A stretch of DNA of 64,000 nt from Octopus bimaculoides (taxonomy: Eukaryota). The translations under genes were made by a program, and so were the position numbers. Location of the stretch: NCBI RefSeq assembly GCF_001194135.2, contig NC_068986.1:97515611-97579610 (forward strand). The letters are read 5' to 3'. Below the pieces are notes generated by a model. The model worked only from the letters and a program-made list of their open reading frames with translations, ran no database searches and had not been told where the DNA came from. Numbering within the stretch: position 1 is the stretch's first letter; every line of letters begins with the position of its first letter. Positions 25,880-39,299 of this stretch are shown piece by piece.

Positions 25880-26090
25880 GGCGGCGAGCTGGCAGAAACG
25901 TTAGCGTGCCGGGTGAAATGCTTAGCGGTATTTCGCCTGTCTTTACGTTATGAGTTCAAATTCCGCCGAGGTCGACTTTGCTTTTCATCATTTTGGGGTA
26001 GATAAATTAAGTACCAGTTGCATACTGGGCCGATCTAATCGACTGGCCCCCTCCCCCCAAATTTCAGGCCTTGTGCCTAGAGTAGAAAGG
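25880..26090 (+). mobile_element. GGCGG-headed SINE, best preserved copy
   Basis: ggcggcgagctggcagaaacgttagc..gagttcaaattccgcc (B-box-like)..gtcgactttgcttttcatcattttggggtagataaattaagtaccag..ccttgtgcctagagtagaaagg. Confidence 0.9.
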
Positions 26091-27251
26091 TTCGACCTTC
26101 CTTCAACAAACGAATCTTTAATAGTCTGTTCTTAATACAGTTAGCCATAAATACATCTAAACCTGGTTTTAATTTGAATCAGAATTGTATGTATTTAAAT
26201 TCAAACTTCTATATGTAGAGGGCAAGGGAAGTGTTATAATAAGCTCGCTGTTTTGTTTTTCTTTTCTTCTTTGTTACTAGCGTTGTAAGAGCATTTACAT
26301 TGCGTATAAAAATCAACGAAAGCAATGATATAGGAGAAAGAGAAAATGGGAGGGAAAGACGAAGAAAAAGAAGGAGAATGGGGACAAGAAGAAGAGGAGG
26401 GGGAAGCCGATATGCAGGAGGTAGAAGAGCGTTTAAATGCACTTGGAACATATAAATGCAGGGGTCCAAACAGGCATAATGTTGAAACGCCCGCAGGAAA
26501 TATAATATTGATACAAACACGTGAATATTCCTTAATCGTCATATATATATATATATATATATATANNNNNNNNNNNNNNNNNNNNNNNNNNNNNNNNNNN
26601 NNNNNNNNNNNNNNNNNNNNNNNNNNNNNNNNNNNNNNNNNNNNNNNNNNNNNNNNNNNNNNNNNNNNNNNNNNNNNNNNNNNNNNNNNNNNNNNNNNNN
26701 NNNNNNNNNNNNNNNNNNNNNNNNNNNNNNNNNNNNNNNNNNNNNNNNNNNNNNNNNNNNNNNNNNNTATATACATATATACATATATACATGTATGTTT
26801 TTATGTATGTATGTGTGTGTATGTGTGTATGCTTGTATTTGCATGTGTGTATGTGTGTGTCCGTTTGTGTGTGTGAGTGTATCTGTACTGCACTTAATTA
26901 GCTCTTCTTGTGCACCAATGTATTGAAGTAGAAAGTTTGAGAACCATCAGTCTAGACCAATATTAAACAATGCGCTCTTTCACTTCTTTTGAGATTGTCA
27001 AGTGTGTGATCATGAAGATTTGATGCTATTTTTACCACGTTAAATGACTATCTCGAAAGTTCTTTGTTTGTTTGAAGATTTTCACGCTGTTTAAATATCG
27101 CTTAATAATATAATTAATTATAAAGACATAATTTTACGTATTATATTTCATGAGTACGATATCTATCTTTATAGTTTATCACTTCAATTTTATTGAAGTT
27201 TCACTTTCAGCTATAGCTTTCCGACATTGTCCACTACATACATACATACAT

Positions 27252-27314
<63 letters not shown>

Positions 27315-27739
27315 NNNNNNNNNNNNNNNNNNNNNNNNNNNNNNNNNNNNNNNNNNNNNNNNNNNNNNNNNNNNNNNNNNNNNNNNNNNNNNNNNNNNNN
27401 NNNNNNNNNNNNNNNNNNNNNNNNNNNNNNNNNNNNNNNNNNNNNNNNNNNNNNNNNNNNNNNNNNNNNNNNNNNNNNNNNNNNNNNNNNNNNNNNNNNN
27501 NNNNNNNNNNNNNNNNNNNNNNNNNNNNNNNNNNNNNNNNNNNNNNNNNNNNNNNNNNNNNNNNNNNNNNNNNNNNNNNNNNNNNNNNNNNNNNNNNNNN
27601 NNNNNNNNNNNNNNNNNNNNNNNNNNNNNNNNNNNNNNNNNNNNNNNNNNNNNNNNNNNNNNNNNNNNNNNNNNNNNNNNNNNNNNNNNNNNNNNNNNNN
27701 NNNNNNNNNNNNNNNNNNNNNNNATATATATATATACAT

Positions 27740-28598
27740 ACACTGGGTGCGGTGGATTATCTGGCGTCTAAATAGGCAGAAATGAAAATAACTCTGACAT
27801 CTCATTTTAACACATATATTTACAAAATTACATAAAAATATCTTGAAATACAAAAATGTATTCAATAACATCGCCATTAGCTTCAACCACAGCGTCCAGA
27901 CGAATTCGGAATCTCCTGTAATTCGTCTGGATGGTCTCCTTCTTTATGCTGCCATAATCCTTGCCTACAGTTCATCTTCGGTGTTACACGGGGTTTCGTT
28001 GGTCTCTCGCTCAACTGCGCCTCACACATAATAATCAAGGGGGTTGCAGTCTGGAGTGTTATCCGGACAAGTGTTAGGAGTGATGTAGAGGGAGAAATTG
28101 TCTGACAATTGTGTCTGGATTCTCTTGCTTGTGCAGCATGGTGCAGAATCCTTTGCCAGACATAGGGTCTTCCAGTAGCCACTGCCTTCCACCAGGGTAG
28201 CACTACTTTCTCGAGGCTGTTGATGTAGGCCTCCGTCGTGAGTCTAAGACTGTGTGGGAAGATGAATGGGGGCATAATGTCGCCATCACTATTGATCTCT
28301 CCAAACACTATGATGTTGAACGCATATTAGATTTTTGCACTGTCCTCCTCAGATTTACACTAAAACACTCTGAAACGTTCGTATTAGAGCTTCCGGTGCG
28401 AATGCCAAGCAGTACAACATGTCGTTTCCAAAGTTCTGGCACAGTGAATTGTGTCATGGTGTTACTTTTCTCACAGACGATGCCCAACCGACCCTACTAT
28501 CCTGTGTAGTCGACAAAATCAAAAATAAACAAACAACGCGCATGCGCGAAATTAGAAATATAAATTGGCGACAATTTACCCATAGAAATTTATCCTGT
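27740..28598 (-). mobile_element. Tc1/mariner superfamily DD37D (maT-like) transposon, internally deleted
   Basis: N-terminus MTQFTVPELWKRHVVLLGIR joined to DGDIMPPFIFPH..VWQ.DSAP...PDCNPLDYY. I count 37 residues between the last two Asp. TIR-like end after TA at about 27740. Confidence 0.85.
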
Positions 28599-29389
28599 AT
28601 ATATACATACTGCATATATATATATATATATATACATATATTTTCCCCCTCTCGTTCTTCCTCTTTAGTACTACGTATCTCGCTTTACCCCTCTCGTTCT
28701 TCCTCTGTTACTACTACGTATCTCTTTTTTCCCCCTCATACTTCCTCTCATTCTCTTTTCCTCTCGTTGCTCACCTATTCTTCTACTTCCTCCNNNNNNN
28801 NNNNNNNNNNNNNNNNNNNNNNNNNNNNNNNNNNNNNNNNNNNNNNNNNNNNNNNNNNNNNNNNNNNNNNNNNNNNNNNNNNNNNNNNNNNNNNNNNNNN
28901 NNNNNNNNNNNNNNNNNNNNNNNNNNNNNNNNNNNNNNNNNNNNNNNNNNNNNNNNNNNNNNNNNNNNNNNNNNNNNNNNNNNNNNNNNNNNNNNNNNNN
29001 NNNNNNNNNNNNNNNNNNNNNNNNNNNNNNNNNNNNNNNNNNNNNNNNNNNNNNNNNNNNNNNNNNNNNNNNNNNNNNNNNNNNNNNNNNNNNNNNNNNN
29101 NNNNNNNNNNNNNNNNNNNNNNNNNNNNNNNNNNNNNNNNNNNNNNNNNNNNNNNNNNNNNNNNNNNNNNNNNNNNNNNNNNNNNNNNNNNNNNNNNNNN
29201 NNNNNNNNNNNNNNNNNNNNNNNNNNNNNNNNNNNNNNNNNNNNNNNNNNNNNNNNNNNNNNNNNNNNNNNNNNNNNNNNNNNNNNNNNNNNNNNNNNNN
29301 NNNNNNNNNNNNNNNNNNNNNNNNNNNNNNNNNNNNNNNNNNNNNNNNNNNNNNNNNNNNNNNNNNNNNNNNNNNNNNNNTATATATAT

Positions 29390-31312
29390 ATATGTTGCGT
29401 TGACCACTTTGCAAGGTACACAACAGTGGACTTGTGCAGTTGTCGATCGGATACAAATGACGGAGAAGGACGTTGATAATTCGTGAGTGACAATGGTAAG
29501 GTGACTTAGAAAGGGCAATTTCAACCAACAGTGAGAAAGAAAAAAATATAAATGTCACAATCAAGAAAAAATTAGAAGTGCAGTTTGCAATGTTGCCTTT
29601 TGTTATTTAGTCTTTGTTGCTGATTGAAAGAATCTGAGCACTTGTAGAGGGGAAATATTTTGAAATTGGGTAAGTCCATTCCTGCACAGCGTAAAGAAAA
29701 TTTCCTCGTGTTTTTGTCTCGGATCTGTTGGTGATTGTCGTCATTCTGTTGCCTGGCGATCCGCTCGTCTGTCCTATGTAATTATGTTAGCATCAATTGC
29801 ATGTGATTACGTTGATCGAGTATTCCGTGTTACAGGTGAGATTAGATTTAAATTTGAATGTTTGGCCGTCTTTGAATTTAAATTCTTGTCTGTTAGGTAA
29901 CGGCAAGTACCGCAGTGTGTTCTTCGGTATTTTGTGACAGTTGGGTTGGTGGTTTCTTTGTACGTTCTTGCTTCAGCGAGAATGAGTTTTAGTGATTTGA
30001 GCTGACTTTTGCTTTTGGTAATTTGTTGTTTTTCTAAGATTTTCCTCATTTTTTTCATCTGCAAATAAAATGGGGAGGTTTTTGTAGATGTGATCAAATA
30101 TTTCGGTGTTTCTAGGATTTAATGTTGACACGAATGGTAAGACATTTCTCATTCCTTTGTTTTCCTAATTTCCTTGATATCAATTTATTTGGTCTTGTTT
30201 ATTCCGTTGGTGATTTTGCCAGGAGGGAAGACACGTTGAGTAAGCGTATACTTTAGTTCCTCTAGGTTTGTTCACGTTTGGATGGTACAACTTCATTTTT
30301 ACCAGATTGAAAGGAATGTTGAGTATACTGTGTTTCGAGTGATATGATACAAAAAAGGTACTGCTTGGAGTAAGTGGATTTGTAGAATATGTCCGCTTCT
30401 ATTTTCCTATCTTGGTTTGTGATTAAGATATCTTAAGGCGAGTTCTTTGTGGTTAAACTCCATTATGAATTGAATGTTTTTGCTGGGGCTGATTAACATG
30501 ATTTTTTAAAATTCAGTTAGCTTGTTAATGTTTTCCTGCCATAAGATGAAGTTATCATCCAGGAATATTTTCCAATTGTTTCTGAGTTGTGTATGGAACG
30601 TATCACCAAATATCAGAAGAGATTGATTGTTAATTTTTTGTTTGTGAAATCCCATGACTAAGTTGGTGTATGGGGCTGGGGGCTACTTTCATGCCCATCA
30701 CCGTTCCTGATGTTTGGCGGTAATCCGAAACGTTGAAGTTTGAAGTTTTTTTAAAGTATGAAACTGAACCGATCAGTGAAAAATTCATTTTATGCGTGTT
30801 GGAAGTTCAGACTGCTGAGTATCTTGCAAGTATTGGATTGCAGTTATCCCATAGTCACAGGGAATATTGGCGTATAGGTTGACAACATCAAATGAAGTAA
30901 AACCTGTATTTGTATTTATCGTTTTTTGGTAGATGATTTAGCATGTCAAGGTCATCTCATATGTAGCTTTGTATAAGATTTAAGCAGGATTTTAGCGGGA
31001 TGTCCAAGTAATTGCTGAGTCTGTGTGTTTCACATGCTGGGTCTTGGTCCCAATTTTAGATCATCTGGAGGTGTTAACTGTACGTAATTTGTTTACTGAG
31101 TATTTACAGGCACCACTTATCTTTTTGCCTTTGTGGATTTTTAGTAAACCATAAAAGTTGCTCGTGTTGCATTTGAAGTGACATATACAGTCAATTTCTT
31201 TGCTGGTTAGGCCTTTGCAATATTCCTTTAAAAGAATTGTGAGGTTTTTCATTATTTTTGAATTTTTTTGTAGTGGGTTGCTTTTTTATTGTAGTTTTGG
31301 TCCTCTAGCATT
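29390..31312 (-). mobile_element. Penelope-like element (RT plus GIY-YIG endonuclease), decayed
   Basis: Minus strand: NFYGLLKIHK (31061-31252), QTSGTVMGMKVAP..NLVMG..WKIFLDDNFILW (about 30540-30720), then TCNTEYSINVITCN.C..NYIGQT..HQQIRD (about 29715-29840). Confidence 0.88.
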
Positions 31313-31851
31313 GTGTGTGTATGTGTGCGCGTATATATATATGTGTGGGGGGTGTATTCTTTTCAATGTTTACAAATAACACGTTTATCGTTGTAAACAT
31401 GGGCAAAAACCTACCTTTAATTCCTATAAGTGCTTTCTGCCAGTCTATAAAATCCGACCTTTAACTGTCTTCTTATATATCACTTCCGCTAAATATATCT
31501 ATTGCTACGTCTGCAATCTTTATTCCTATTCACCTATCGCACTAAATTTCTCCACTTTTAATTTTCTTATAATTGTTTTTCTTCCTCCTCCTTTTCTTTC
31601 TACAAATTGCCTTTGCCGTTATATATATTAACGGTTTTTTAAGAGCTAACGTACCAGCGTTCCCTTCATCATTTATGCAGTAATCACATTCGGTTAAAAT
31701 GTCTTATTAATGCGTTTTGTTTCTCCTTTTTTTTCCCTGATGAGAAGATTGCATTGTTTTACATCATTCTATTCCCTCTGGAATAATATCAAAGTTTTCT
31801 TCGAAACATACCGTGAAAGTATAAAATTTGAATAACACCTGCGTTTAACAC

Positions 31852-31854
<3 letters not shown>

Positions 31855-31899
<45 letters not shown>
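31855..31899. repeat. (TATC)n microsatellite
   Basis: Directly visible. Confidence 0.97.
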
Positions 31900-31900
<1 letters not shown>

Positions 31901-32640
31901 TCGGCAAAGTGCTCGAAAACTGATTGCGCTGCCGTGATACAAGTGAAGCTACCCACACCATGTCTTAGGTAGTCATGCAGGCTTGTCTGTTTATCTCTTC
32001 GAATTTCCATGTTTGTACAAACACATTTGTGTCGGTGGTGTTGGTGTTTCCATACGTGTTTGAAAACTATGAACTGGCAGGGAAAACCTCATCTAATAAC
32101 AGCAGTTAAATAAGACCCCTAATATTCCAGTTGGAAATATCGCCGGATATATCAATATATGGACTTTTGCTATTCGAAGAACCATATAATTCCATACGGC
32201 ACTAGCATATGATGTTGCTTCACCGGTAATGCTCAGTTATATTGGGGGACTTACACCTCATAATACAGGTGATTGGAACAGTGTATAAAGATGCTCATAG
32301 TTTTGAGTCTTTAAAAGGCCAGCTTTTTACGTTGTTCATGTCTTTTCAGTATCACTTCCCAGATAACACGCAAAAATGAAAGTTTCTTCAAAATAATTCT
32401 TTCTTTAACAAGCAATATCTAGCGACAATAATTTGCTTCTCCAATAAAGGAATTCTGTTTTAACATTATGAGTTGTGCATCAATCATCCATAAATCGCCG
32501 AAAGGCTTTGGAATGAGTTACACCTAAAACATTAAAGATACATCCAATTGTCAAGCGGAACATTTGCCTCGAGAAAGATTTATCCTTTTGTTTATGAGTG
32601 TTTTAAAAGAAGCAAAGTATTAGCAGATGTTCCCATCAAT
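31900..32640 (-). mobile_element. Possible ancient LINE 3' remnant ending in a (GATA)n tail
   Basis: Faint RT-thumb-like fragments (FNVLGVT, YASAVW) and a microsatellite tail; heavily decayed. Confidence 0.28.
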
Positions 32641-33958
32641 GCTTTTATTTATTTTAATACATAATATTGGAAAAAAAAAGCTTTTCACAAAACAAGTTAT
32701 TTGAAAGGAAATATTTATTTATATTACACTGTTACTGTTTTTAGTTACTGGACTGTAATGTAGTTTAACACTGCATTTAACGATGTCAGGCATACCCATT
32801 TTCTTCTTATCTTATCTTATATTATGTCATATTATATTATATAAAATTCTCTGTGTGGGCTCAGTATGGCCAAATACACTTTAGCCCTCAATCAGATCTC
32901 GTGTTTGAAAGTATTGTGTGAAATCCTGTGCAAATGTAATTTTTCATAGCATTGGGTCAATCCAAAGTGAAACTAAAGAGATGGAAACTGCATAGAAGTC
33001 GCTTAGTATGATTGTACGTGTAATTCAAAGTCACGTCATTTCACTCTGATTCTGGCTAAAAATTACGTTGAAGTTTCACATATATGTAGAATAGACAGAC
33101 ACATGTTAATACAGGAGCAGGTGATTCAGCTAACGGAACGGTTGAATCTCATATATAGAGAACTGCAATCAAAAGAGGCTTCTATTTTTTTTGGACACAC
33201 GATGCAATCGCATGGTATTTTTTGTATCCGTAGAAAAAAATTAGTCTTTAAAATATGGCCCGTTGTGACAGAAATCTTTTTAACGAATATCGCGTTACCA
33301 TGGTTTCTCACTTTCTTGAATATGTCTATAGGTTAATAAATCCCTACTTTCTGAAGATGCTTTACCTCAAATATTAGTAGTATGGTTTCAACTGTGAGAA
33401 TACGTTAGCGTGGAGATGAATATTGATTTATAGACAGGAAAAATAAGTCACTGTCACTACATATAAGGGAACAGGCGTGTCAGCTTCTGTATCGTCAAAC
33501 GCTCTGCTAGAAATACAAGCTACATCCTTGTCAAACTACGCACCAGTTTATGTTACACACTCACATGCGCAAGCGCATATCCATAAAGCTTGCATATGTA
33601 CATATATGTCTCCTTGTCTAATATTGAGAATTGAAACCTTAGTTAACCGAAATTGTCTTTGCAGTTGGGAAAAGAACTTGCCTTCCACGAAAGAGTTGAA
33701 GATTAAAAACAAAAACTAGAGCAGATAATTCCAATTAATCCATTCATTCATTAATTCCAGTTAATCTACTCATTCGTTTAAAGATAAAAGCATTGAAACA
33801 TTTCACACAGAGACGCACATACTGACAGATACACACAAACAAAACATTTGTTTCTTTGTGATTGAATATTTGCTAGTGTGTGTGTGTGTGTGTGTGTGCG
33901 CGTGTGTGCGAATGTGTGTATATATATGTGTGTATATATATATATATATATACATCGG

Positions 33959-34120
33959 TGCAGAGGTGGGTGTATGGTAAGAAGCTTCTCAATCACATGG
34001 TTCCGGGTTACGTCCCACTGCGTGGCACTTTGGGCAGCTGTCTTCTATCATAGCACCTGGCCAAGCAAAGCGTTCTGAGTGTATTTGGTAGACAGAAATT
34101 GGAAAAAAATGTTCGTCGTA
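33959..34120 (+). mobile_element. CORE-type tRNA-derived SINE, 5' half
   Basis: ggtaagaagctt..catggttccgggtt..cccactgcgtggcactttgggcag aligns to the copy at 45176. Confidence 0.78.
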
Positions 34121-34487
34121 TATATATATGTATATCGTGTTTCACTAGAAGCGATATATTACAGGACTCAATGCACATATTGAGTATTCTTTATCATAAA
34201 TCATAGACTCCATTTTCCGGTACTCAGAATAAGTCGTTTTATATCATCAGCTGTGAAACCGAAACTGGTTTTCTTGAGAAATATTCACTGCTTAATATTT
34301 TACGAAATATGAAATGAATGTTTCACGAACACGATTATCTTCATGTTTTGTATGAAAACATCTGTGAAAGACTCGTGCAGGAAAAGGTGTTTCAAGCTGA
34401 CGCTTTTGATTTTTTTTTCTGGTTCTTGTGGTAATATCATAACCTTATAAATATACGCAGATACGCACGCACACACAGACACACACA

Positions 34488-34524
<37 letters not shown>

Positions 34525-36544
34525 ACACGCACACACACTCCCCCCCCCACAGATATATAAATACATATCAATTTCCGGGAGAGATAATGTTATCAAATTT
34601 GATTCGAAACGTATTTGTCGCCATAATTCAATGATAGAAGACAGGTTCTGTGTTGGTGTTGAAGTCCCGACCACGTAAATATGATGTCTGCAAATCGTAT
34701 TTCAGTTTAATATATGCATGTATGTCATCTATATCTATTTAAACTGTTTTGGAAATCCTCTGTGATTCAGAAACTGCATGATCGAACTGGTTCTTCAATG
34801 TAACCACCTATTATTCTGTAAATTTGTTTTATATCTTTGAGTTAGTCCTTGTTTTCTTAGCTTCTAGCTGGGTTACTTCACATTCGTCGGTGTCAAGTAT
34901 TTCTTTATCATACCGTTTTGATATTTGCTCTATGATTTATGTGAAATGCGTGCAGTAATATACATCTTCAACGGCGCTTTGTATTCTACACTCAAGCTTA
35001 AGAATTCTGTGTAAGAAATAAATTATTTCGTTCAGCTTTGTTGATACTTGCGAATTATTTGCCGTGTAAAAGTTTTCCTTTAATTTGAAAGAGGGGACAA
35101 AATACCCAACAAGCAATTATTGAAATATTATTTTTATGCACACATGCACCCAACCAGTTTCAATAATGACATACTTCTCGAGAGAAACCCTTCATGTTAA
35201 ACGATATCGTAAATCTTCTTTAGTATTGATAGTGGAACGGAATTTTATAATGATTGGTCATCTGTCCAAATTATTGTAGATATATACAGAATGATACTAT
35301 TAACATATACAGGTCGAAGAAACTATTTAGGTTCTTCATCGTAAGCATTTATTATTGATGTCTTTGAAACTAGATAATTCCTATGCTGTTGGGAGATGAA
35401 TTTCTTGATATTTGAGGAAATTGTTTCTTCGAAAATGAGAAGGATAACTTATCTTAAAATTGTTATTGTGGTACTGAAAATATATGCACTGTAGAAAAGA
35501 GTATGCATGTTTGCATGTTAGTTTATACTTATTATTCTATAAATATTTGCACTCTTATCTCTCTGCAATGGGTTCTATTTTAGATAATATTTCATGATTT
35601 TCCTTCTCCCAAATTTCACCTTCTAACTCTGATAGCCGACTTTCCATCAACAGCTTTTTGCATTAGTTGATACCCTCTGTCTTTAATGTTTTGTCATATA
35701 CTTTTCTTCATATATATGTATATTCACCCAGCTGTCGGGAACGTTTAGATATTGTCACCTCATTGCCGAAAATATTCGTTCAAGTTAATACGAACTTATA
35801 GAAAAGTACAAAAATGAAAACAGATGCATTATTAAAAGTTTATTCGAAAGAAGTCCCAGCTAGGTGCCAGTGAAATGCTTCTCAGGAGAACCGCTTGACA
35901 GTTGTAATATAATTGGAACTACATATTACAAAAGTTATATATTGAACTATATTAAGTTGAATAGCTGCTTGAAAATGACAATTAGTATTGGTGTTAGCCT
36001 TTATTTTGAACCGAATTATTGTAGTCCATGAAAGACTTAAAATGTCACTCACCATACCTTGCATTGAAACGGTTCTGTTGCAAATTAGAGAAGTGTGAGG
36101 AATAATAAAACGTTATAGCCGAACGAATATCGTCAAATAGACTTCTTCTTTACAATTTCCTCTTTCAGTTCATTTTCCACAACGAAAAATAATGAACAAC
36201 GATTAGCTGGTGGGTCGAAGATGATCAAAAGTGATAACACTTTATATACAGAAACAATAATTTTAATTGGACATGCTTTAAGAGGACAGAATACACGCGT
36301 GACTGTTTTGAATCATACAACTTCTGGCTCTTGAATTTTTGATTGGGGAATATATACAAGAGATTTATATTTTACAAGTTAATGATAGTCTGGAGAGAGT
36401 CAATTATTTATTTTGGTAACTCAACGCTCTAGTAGGACGTGCAGAAATAACACCTGAATATACTTGAAATCACATTCTGCCATCTTATACACATGAATGA
36501 CGTACTAAATAAAATAGCTCATTGTATACTATACACACACAAAC

Positions 36545-36587
<43 letters not shown>

Positions 36588-36590
36588 TAT

Positions 36591-36621
<31 letters not shown>

Positions 36622-36845
36622 AATACATACACATACGCACACATGTATATATATATGTATGTATTTATTTATGTATGTATATAACGTATCTCTCATCCGA
36701 TTACATGTATATTACATCATAATATGCATATAATCGATCTTCTGAAGTACTTGTCGCAATGAATTTTGTGGTCCTTTATTAGTTTACTACATACAAAAAC
36801 ACGCACAAACACGCACAAACACACACACGTACACACACTTACATA

Positions 36846-37688
36846 CGTGGTATGGTCAATAAGTATCCGGACTGTTGTTATTGTAACGAAGCTAAGGTAC
36901 GAGGAGGAAAGCCGCTAGGCAAAGATTCACCCTGAACTCTGCTGCGCATGAGCACTGAGTTTTAATGTTCTAGCTCACTTCTGTCTTTTACAACAGTGCT
37001 TGTAAGGAAGGTGTGTAGTGTGTCATTGAATATGGGACAGGAAGTTGAGCAGAGAATCTGCATCAAATTTTGCCAAAAGCTTAACAATACCTGCTCAGAG
37101 GCCTACGCAAAGGTTTCAAATATTTTTCATCGTTCTTGACACAATCAAGGAGATTTTGTGCAACTGAAACCCGTGTGTGTTTATGGTCAGCTGAAAGCTG
37201 TTGCGATACGAACTTGCCAGACACGCCTCTCATACGCAAATCCTCATTGATAATGAACTGAACTGAACCGTAACTAGTCTGCACATCCCCTGATAACTCA
37301 CAGATGGTGATTCGACGATTCCCCTTCACAACTGAAAGCACCTCTGCGATGTAATTCTCACTTCTACTGGTTGCGAATCTTCTCGAACGTTCGTCACTAT
37401 CGACGTTTTTTTCGGTCATCTTTGAAACGTCTGAACCACTGATACGCATCTGTGCGACTCATACACTCCTCACCATACACTTTCTGCAACTTTGCGTAGG
37501 CCTCTGAGCAGGTATGGCCATGACAACTTTCTCTGTCATGGTCAATGCGACGATCACATTTTTACACGGTAAAACGTAGGGCCCATGGCCGACAAAGGTC
37601 ATGATTAATCAGTTCCAAGCGGCTTTACTCTACACGCTTTAGTTTCGTTACTATGGCAACAGTCTGTATACTTGTTGATCAGACCTCG
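36846..37688 (-). mobile_element. Non-autonomous mariner derivative with long inverted arms (two 5' ends), TA-flanked
   Basis: TA at 36844-45 and 37689-90. Minus strand encodes the mariner DNA-binding region (LQKVYGEECMSR..VDSDERS..RRITI..V..KFV). The left arm carries the 5' UTR and MGQEVEQRICIKFCQKL on the plus strand. Confidence 0.9.
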
Positions 37689-37929
37689 TATATCTGCCTT
37701 GTGTCATATATGATGTATGATGCTGTAGGGATTCGAGTTGTGCAGCGCTAGTCATCTCGTCAAAATTGTTTCGAAATGAATTTAATACATTGATGAATAA
37801 ATTTGTCGATTTATTAATATTTATTTGAGCGTTCTTATAGTAGCCATTTTGCATGCTGGATGCTAACGACCAAATGATCACGATGTATGGGACACCTTTA
37901 AACTGAGATGTGTACGTGCGTGTTTCAGT

Positions 37930-38055
37930 AGTGTGTGTGTGTGAGAGAGAGGGAGAGTGAGAGAGAAAGAGAAATAGAGAGAGATAGAGAGAAAGGAAAA
38001 GAGAGGTAGATAGAAAGATAGAGATATAAAAGAGAGAGAGAGGGATGAGAGAGAA
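37930..38055. repeat. (GT)n/(GA)n tract
   Basis: Directly visible. Confidence 0.9.
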
Positions 38056-38211
38056 TACATAGCTTCTCTATCCAAGCTGTGTCATCAAACCCAGAAGCAT
38101 ATGCCTGCGGGAGAAACTTTTAACTCATGTAACGCAACATTGAATATAAGTTTGTTTTTTTTTCCGCTAAGCTTTCGCTTCAAAACGATTGCGTGTACAG
38201 TTCTCTTTCAT

Positions 38212-38232
38212 TAGATAATAATAATAATAATG

Positions 38233-38272
<40 letters not shown>

Positions 38273-38315
38273 TAAAAATAATAAAACTAATAATAATATT
38301 ATAATGATAATAATG

Positions 38316-38405
<90 letters not shown>

Positions 38406-38422
38406 GCAACAACAACAACAAC

Positions 38423-38460
<38 letters not shown>

Positions 38461-38616
38461 CAACAACAATAATAATAATGCAACACAAACAAAAACACTT
38501 TCAATACAGTAACCATAAGAACATCACAGCCAACCACAACACATACCGAAGGCGCACAGAGCTGCACTCGGTAGTGAAGTGAAAGCACGTTATAAAAATA
38601 AAACTACTGAATAATA

Positions 38617-38665
<49 letters not shown>

Positions 38666-38675
38666 TGATGATAAT

Positions 38676-38752
<77 letters not shown>
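38212..38752. repeat. Two compound (AAT)n/(AAC)n arrays (38212-38480, 38620-38752)
   Basis: Directly visible. Confidence 0.95.
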
Positions 38753-38753
<1 letters not shown>

Positions 38754-38967
38754 GCCTTCTAATATAAGCACAGCACCTGAAAGTTTGGGGAAGGGGAACA
38801 GTCGATTACATCGAACCCATTGCTCAAATAGCACTGATGTAATCGTCTCTTAAAGAAATGAAAGGTAAAGTCGACTTTGGTCGGAATTTGAACTCAAAAC
38901 ATAAAGATGGAAAAAATGCTGCTAAACATTTCGTCGAGCGCCGTAAGAAATCTGCAAATGCACCGCC
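38754..38967 (-). mobile_element. GGCGG-headed SINE
   Basis: Plus strand gaaaggtaaagtcgactttggtcggaatttgaactc...caccgcc. Confidence 0.8.
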
Positions 38968-39013
38968 TTTATATTGATAATACTGCTGCTGCTGATGATG
39001 ATGATAATGATAG

Positions 39014-39228
39014 CCTCTTCTACTATGGCCACCAGGCCTGAAATATTTTGGGGACGGGACAAGTCGATTACATCGATTCCAGAGTTTCACGGGTATTTCA
39101 TTTATCGACCCCGAAAGGATGAAAGGCAAAGTCGTCCTCGGCGGAATTTGAACTGAGGGCTTAAAGACAGGAGTAATAACGCTAAGCATTTTTCCCGGTG
39201 TGCTAACAATTCTGCCAGCTCGCCCGCC
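39014..39228 (-). mobile_element. GGCGG-headed SINE
   Basis: Plus strand tttatcgaccccgaaaggatgaaaggcaaagtcg..ggcggaatttgaac..tctgccagctcgcccgcc. Confidence 0.88.
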
Positions 39229-39229
39229 T

Positions 39230-39296
<67 letters not shown>

Positions 39297-39299
<3 letters not shown>

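Noticed and set aside
26346-26540. Acidic GGKDEEKEGE... ORF
   Set aside because: Product of a GA-rich low-complexity tract that reads into a gap
34890-35005. Minus-strand peptide SAVEDVYYC resembling an Ig-domain motif behind a good acceptor
   Set aside because: Stops after 22 codons; neighbouring frames look more like an ancient LINE remnant
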